This document shows, one piece after another, positions 61,220 to 64,000 of a DNA stretch of 64,000 nt (position 1 is the first letter of the stretch; each line of letters begins with the position of its first letter). Both the position numbers and the translations under genes were made by a program. Source of the stretch: Heterodontus francisci (lineage: Eukaryota). The notes under the pieces are model-generated. The model made no database searches. It saw nothing but the letters and a program-made list of their open reading frames with translations, and was not told the origin of the DNA. The stretch covers positions 199,445,864 to 199,509,863 of the forward strand of contig NC_090375.1 of the NCBI RefSeq assembly GCF_036365525.1, in the 5' to 3' direction.

Positions 61220-64000
61220 ACATTTGAATTAGGAACAGGGGGAGGCCACTCGGCCCCTCCAGCCTGCTCCGCCATTTAATAAGATCATGGCTGATCTGAC
61301 TGGAGTACCTCCAGTAAACTCTCACCCCCTTGCTTATTAAGAATCTATCTACCTCTGCCTTAAAAATATTCAAAGACTCTGCTTCTACTGCCTTTTGAGG
61401 ATGAGCGTTTCAAAGACTCAGGACCCTCTGAGAGAAAAGCAATTCTCCTCATCTCTGTCTTAAATGAACCCCTTATTTTTAAATAGTGACCCCTAGTTCT
61501 AGATTCTCCCACAAGAGGAAACATCCTTTCCACATCCACCCTGTCAAGACTCCTCAGAGTCTTATATGTTTCAATGAAGTCACTGCTTACACCTTCTAAA
61601 CTCCAGCAGATACAATCCTAGTCTGTCCAATCAGAAGATAACCTATCCATTCCAGATATTAGTCTAGTAAACCTTCTCTGAACTGCTTCCAATGCATTTC
61701 CATCCTTTCTTAAATAAGGAGACCAATACTGTACACAGTACTCCAGATATGGTCTCACCAATGTCCTGTATAACCTCCCTACTATTGTATTCAATGTCCC
61801 TCGCAATAAACAATAACATTCGATCAGATTTATTAATTACTTGCTGTACCTCCATGCTACTTTTGAGATTTGTACACTAGGACACCCAGATTCCTCTGCA
61901 TCTCAGAGCTCTGCAATCTCTCACCATTTAGATAATATGCTTCTTTTTTATTCTTCCTACCAAAATGGACAATTTCACTTTTTCCCACATTATACTCCAT
62001 TTGCCAGGTCTTTGCCCACTCACTTAACCTATCTATATCCCTTTGTAGCCGCCTTATGTACTCTTCACAACATACTTTCCTTACCTATCTTTGTGTCATC
62101 AGCAAATATGGCAACCTTACCTTCGGTTGCTTCATCGAAGTTGTTTATATAAATTGTAAAAAGTGGAGGTACCAGCACTTATCCCTGTGGCACACCACTC
62201 GTTACATCTTGCCAACCAGAAAATGGCCCATTTATGCAGCTGTTACCTGTTAGCCAATCGTGAGCCATGAAAATATGTTACTCCCTATACTATGAGCTTT
62301 TATTTTCCACCATGACCTTTGATGTGGTACCTTATCAAATGCCTTCTGGAAGTCTAAGTACAGTACATCCACCAGTTCCTCTTATCCACAGCACATGTTA
62401 CTTCTTCAAAGAACTCCAATAAATTGGTTAAACATGATTTCCCTTTTACAAAACCATGTTGCCTCTGCCTGATACCTTTGATTTTTTCTAAGTGCCCTGT
62501 TATAAAGTCTTTAATATAGCTTCTAACATTTTCCCTATGACAGATGTTAAGCTGAAAGGCCTGTCATTACATTCACTATTTTTCAATCTAATGGAACTTT
62601 ACCCGAATCCAGGGAACTTTGAAAAATTAAAACCAATGCATCTACTATCTCAGTAGACACTTCTTTTAGGACCCTCAGATGAAGTCCATCAAGACCTGGA
62701 GACTTGTCAGCCTGCAGCTCCAACAATTAGCTAGTTACCACTTGCCTGGTGATTGTAATTTTCTTGAGTTCCTCCCTCCCTTCCATTCCCTGATTTACAG
62801 CTATTTCTGGGATGTTACTTGTATCCTCTATAAGGAAGTCCAATGCAAAACACATTTTCAATTTATCTGCCATCTCTTTATTTTCCCTTATTATTTCCCC
62901 ACACTCACTTTGTATCGGACCAACTTTGTTAACTCTTTTCTTTTTTAACTAGCTATAGAAACTCTTACTATCTACTTTGATATTTCTAGCTAACATTCTC
63001 TCCTACTCTAATTTTTCCCTCCTTATCAATCTTTTAGTCATTCTTTGCTGTTTTTTATATTCTGTCCAATCTTCTGACCTGCCACCCATCTTTGCGCAAT
63101 TATATGCTTTTTCTTTAAGTTTGTTACTATCTTTATTTTTTTTTCTTAGCTGTGGATGGTGGGTCCTCCCCTTGGAATTGTTCTTTCTCATTGGAATGTA
63201 TCTATTCAGTGTTTTCTGAACTATCCCCTTAAATGTCTGCCATTGCATTTCTATTGACCTATCCCTTAACCTAATCTGTCAGTTCACTTTAGCTAGCTCA
63301 TAATAGCCCTTATATAAGTGTAAAATATTAGTCTTGAACCCACTGTTCTCTCTTTCAAACTGAACATAAAGTTCAATCATCTTATGATCGATGTTGCCTC
63401 GGGGGTGCCTTCACTATGAGGTCATTAATTAATCTTATCTCGTTGCACAATATCAGGTCTAGTCTAGCCTACTCTCTGGTTGACTCTGGAATGTGCTATA
63501 CCAAGAAACTATCCTGAAACCATTCTATGAACTCATCATCTAGGCTACCTTTGCCCATCTGATTCTCCCAATCTATATGCAGATTAAAATTCCCCAAGAT
63601 TATCACCACACCTTTCTGACAAGTACCCTTCATACTCTGTCGCATTGTGTACCCACTGTTAGGGGGCCTATACACCAGTCGCATGAGTGACTTCGTATCT
63701 TTATTATTTCTCATCTCTACCCAAACTGCTTCTACATCCTGATTTCCTGAATTTAGGTCATCCCTCTCTGCTGCACTAATACTATCATTAATCAACAGAG
63801 CCAGCTCTCCACATTTTCCTAGCTTCCTGTCCTTAAAAGTAATCTATGCTTCAATATTCAGGTCCCAATCTATATCATCCTGCAGCCACGTCTCTGTAAT
63901 GGCTATCAGATCATACTTATTTATTTCTATTTGCACTATCAGTTCATCTGTTGTGTTTCAAAGGCTATGTGCATTCAGATACTGAGCCTTTAGTTTTGTC
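61220..64000 (-). mobile_element. Degraded CR1 LINE ORF2, running off the window end
   Basis: LYRTLVRPYLEYCVQYWSP (61618-61806) and endonuclease VYRPPNS..ILGNFN (63496-63795); same family as 50835-54740. Confidence 0.9.

Overview
Eukaryotic (cartilaginous fish, shark-like) genomic DNA containing an apparently complete germline T-cell receptor gamma (TRG) translocon on the + strand. There are six leader+V segments, each followed by a 23-bp-spacer RSS; V1 carries a 1-nt frameshift. About 14 kb downstream are five intact J segments with 12-bp-spacer RSS, plus several relic J-like sequences, and no D segments. A single three-exon constant gene follows (Ig C domain 48185-48499, connecting peptide 49714-49806, TM/cytoplasmic 56578-56711), with the TRG-type TM motif YTLLLLKSVLY. 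Most intervening DNA is transposon-derived: an env-bearing LTR element remnant, solo LTRs, Penelope-like elements, CR1/L2/RTE LINEs, and HE1-like and Deu-domain SINEs. The most notable additional observations are minimal hammerhead-ribozyme motifs in dispersed Penelope terminal repeats, a positionally conserved AP-1/ETS-like motif about 55 nt upstream of several V ATGs, a C-terminal KKxx plus YxxV tail on the gamma chain, germline extra cysteines in V and J, and a degenerate telomere-like array inside the J cluster. Species and repeat family names are inferred by recognition, not by database search.
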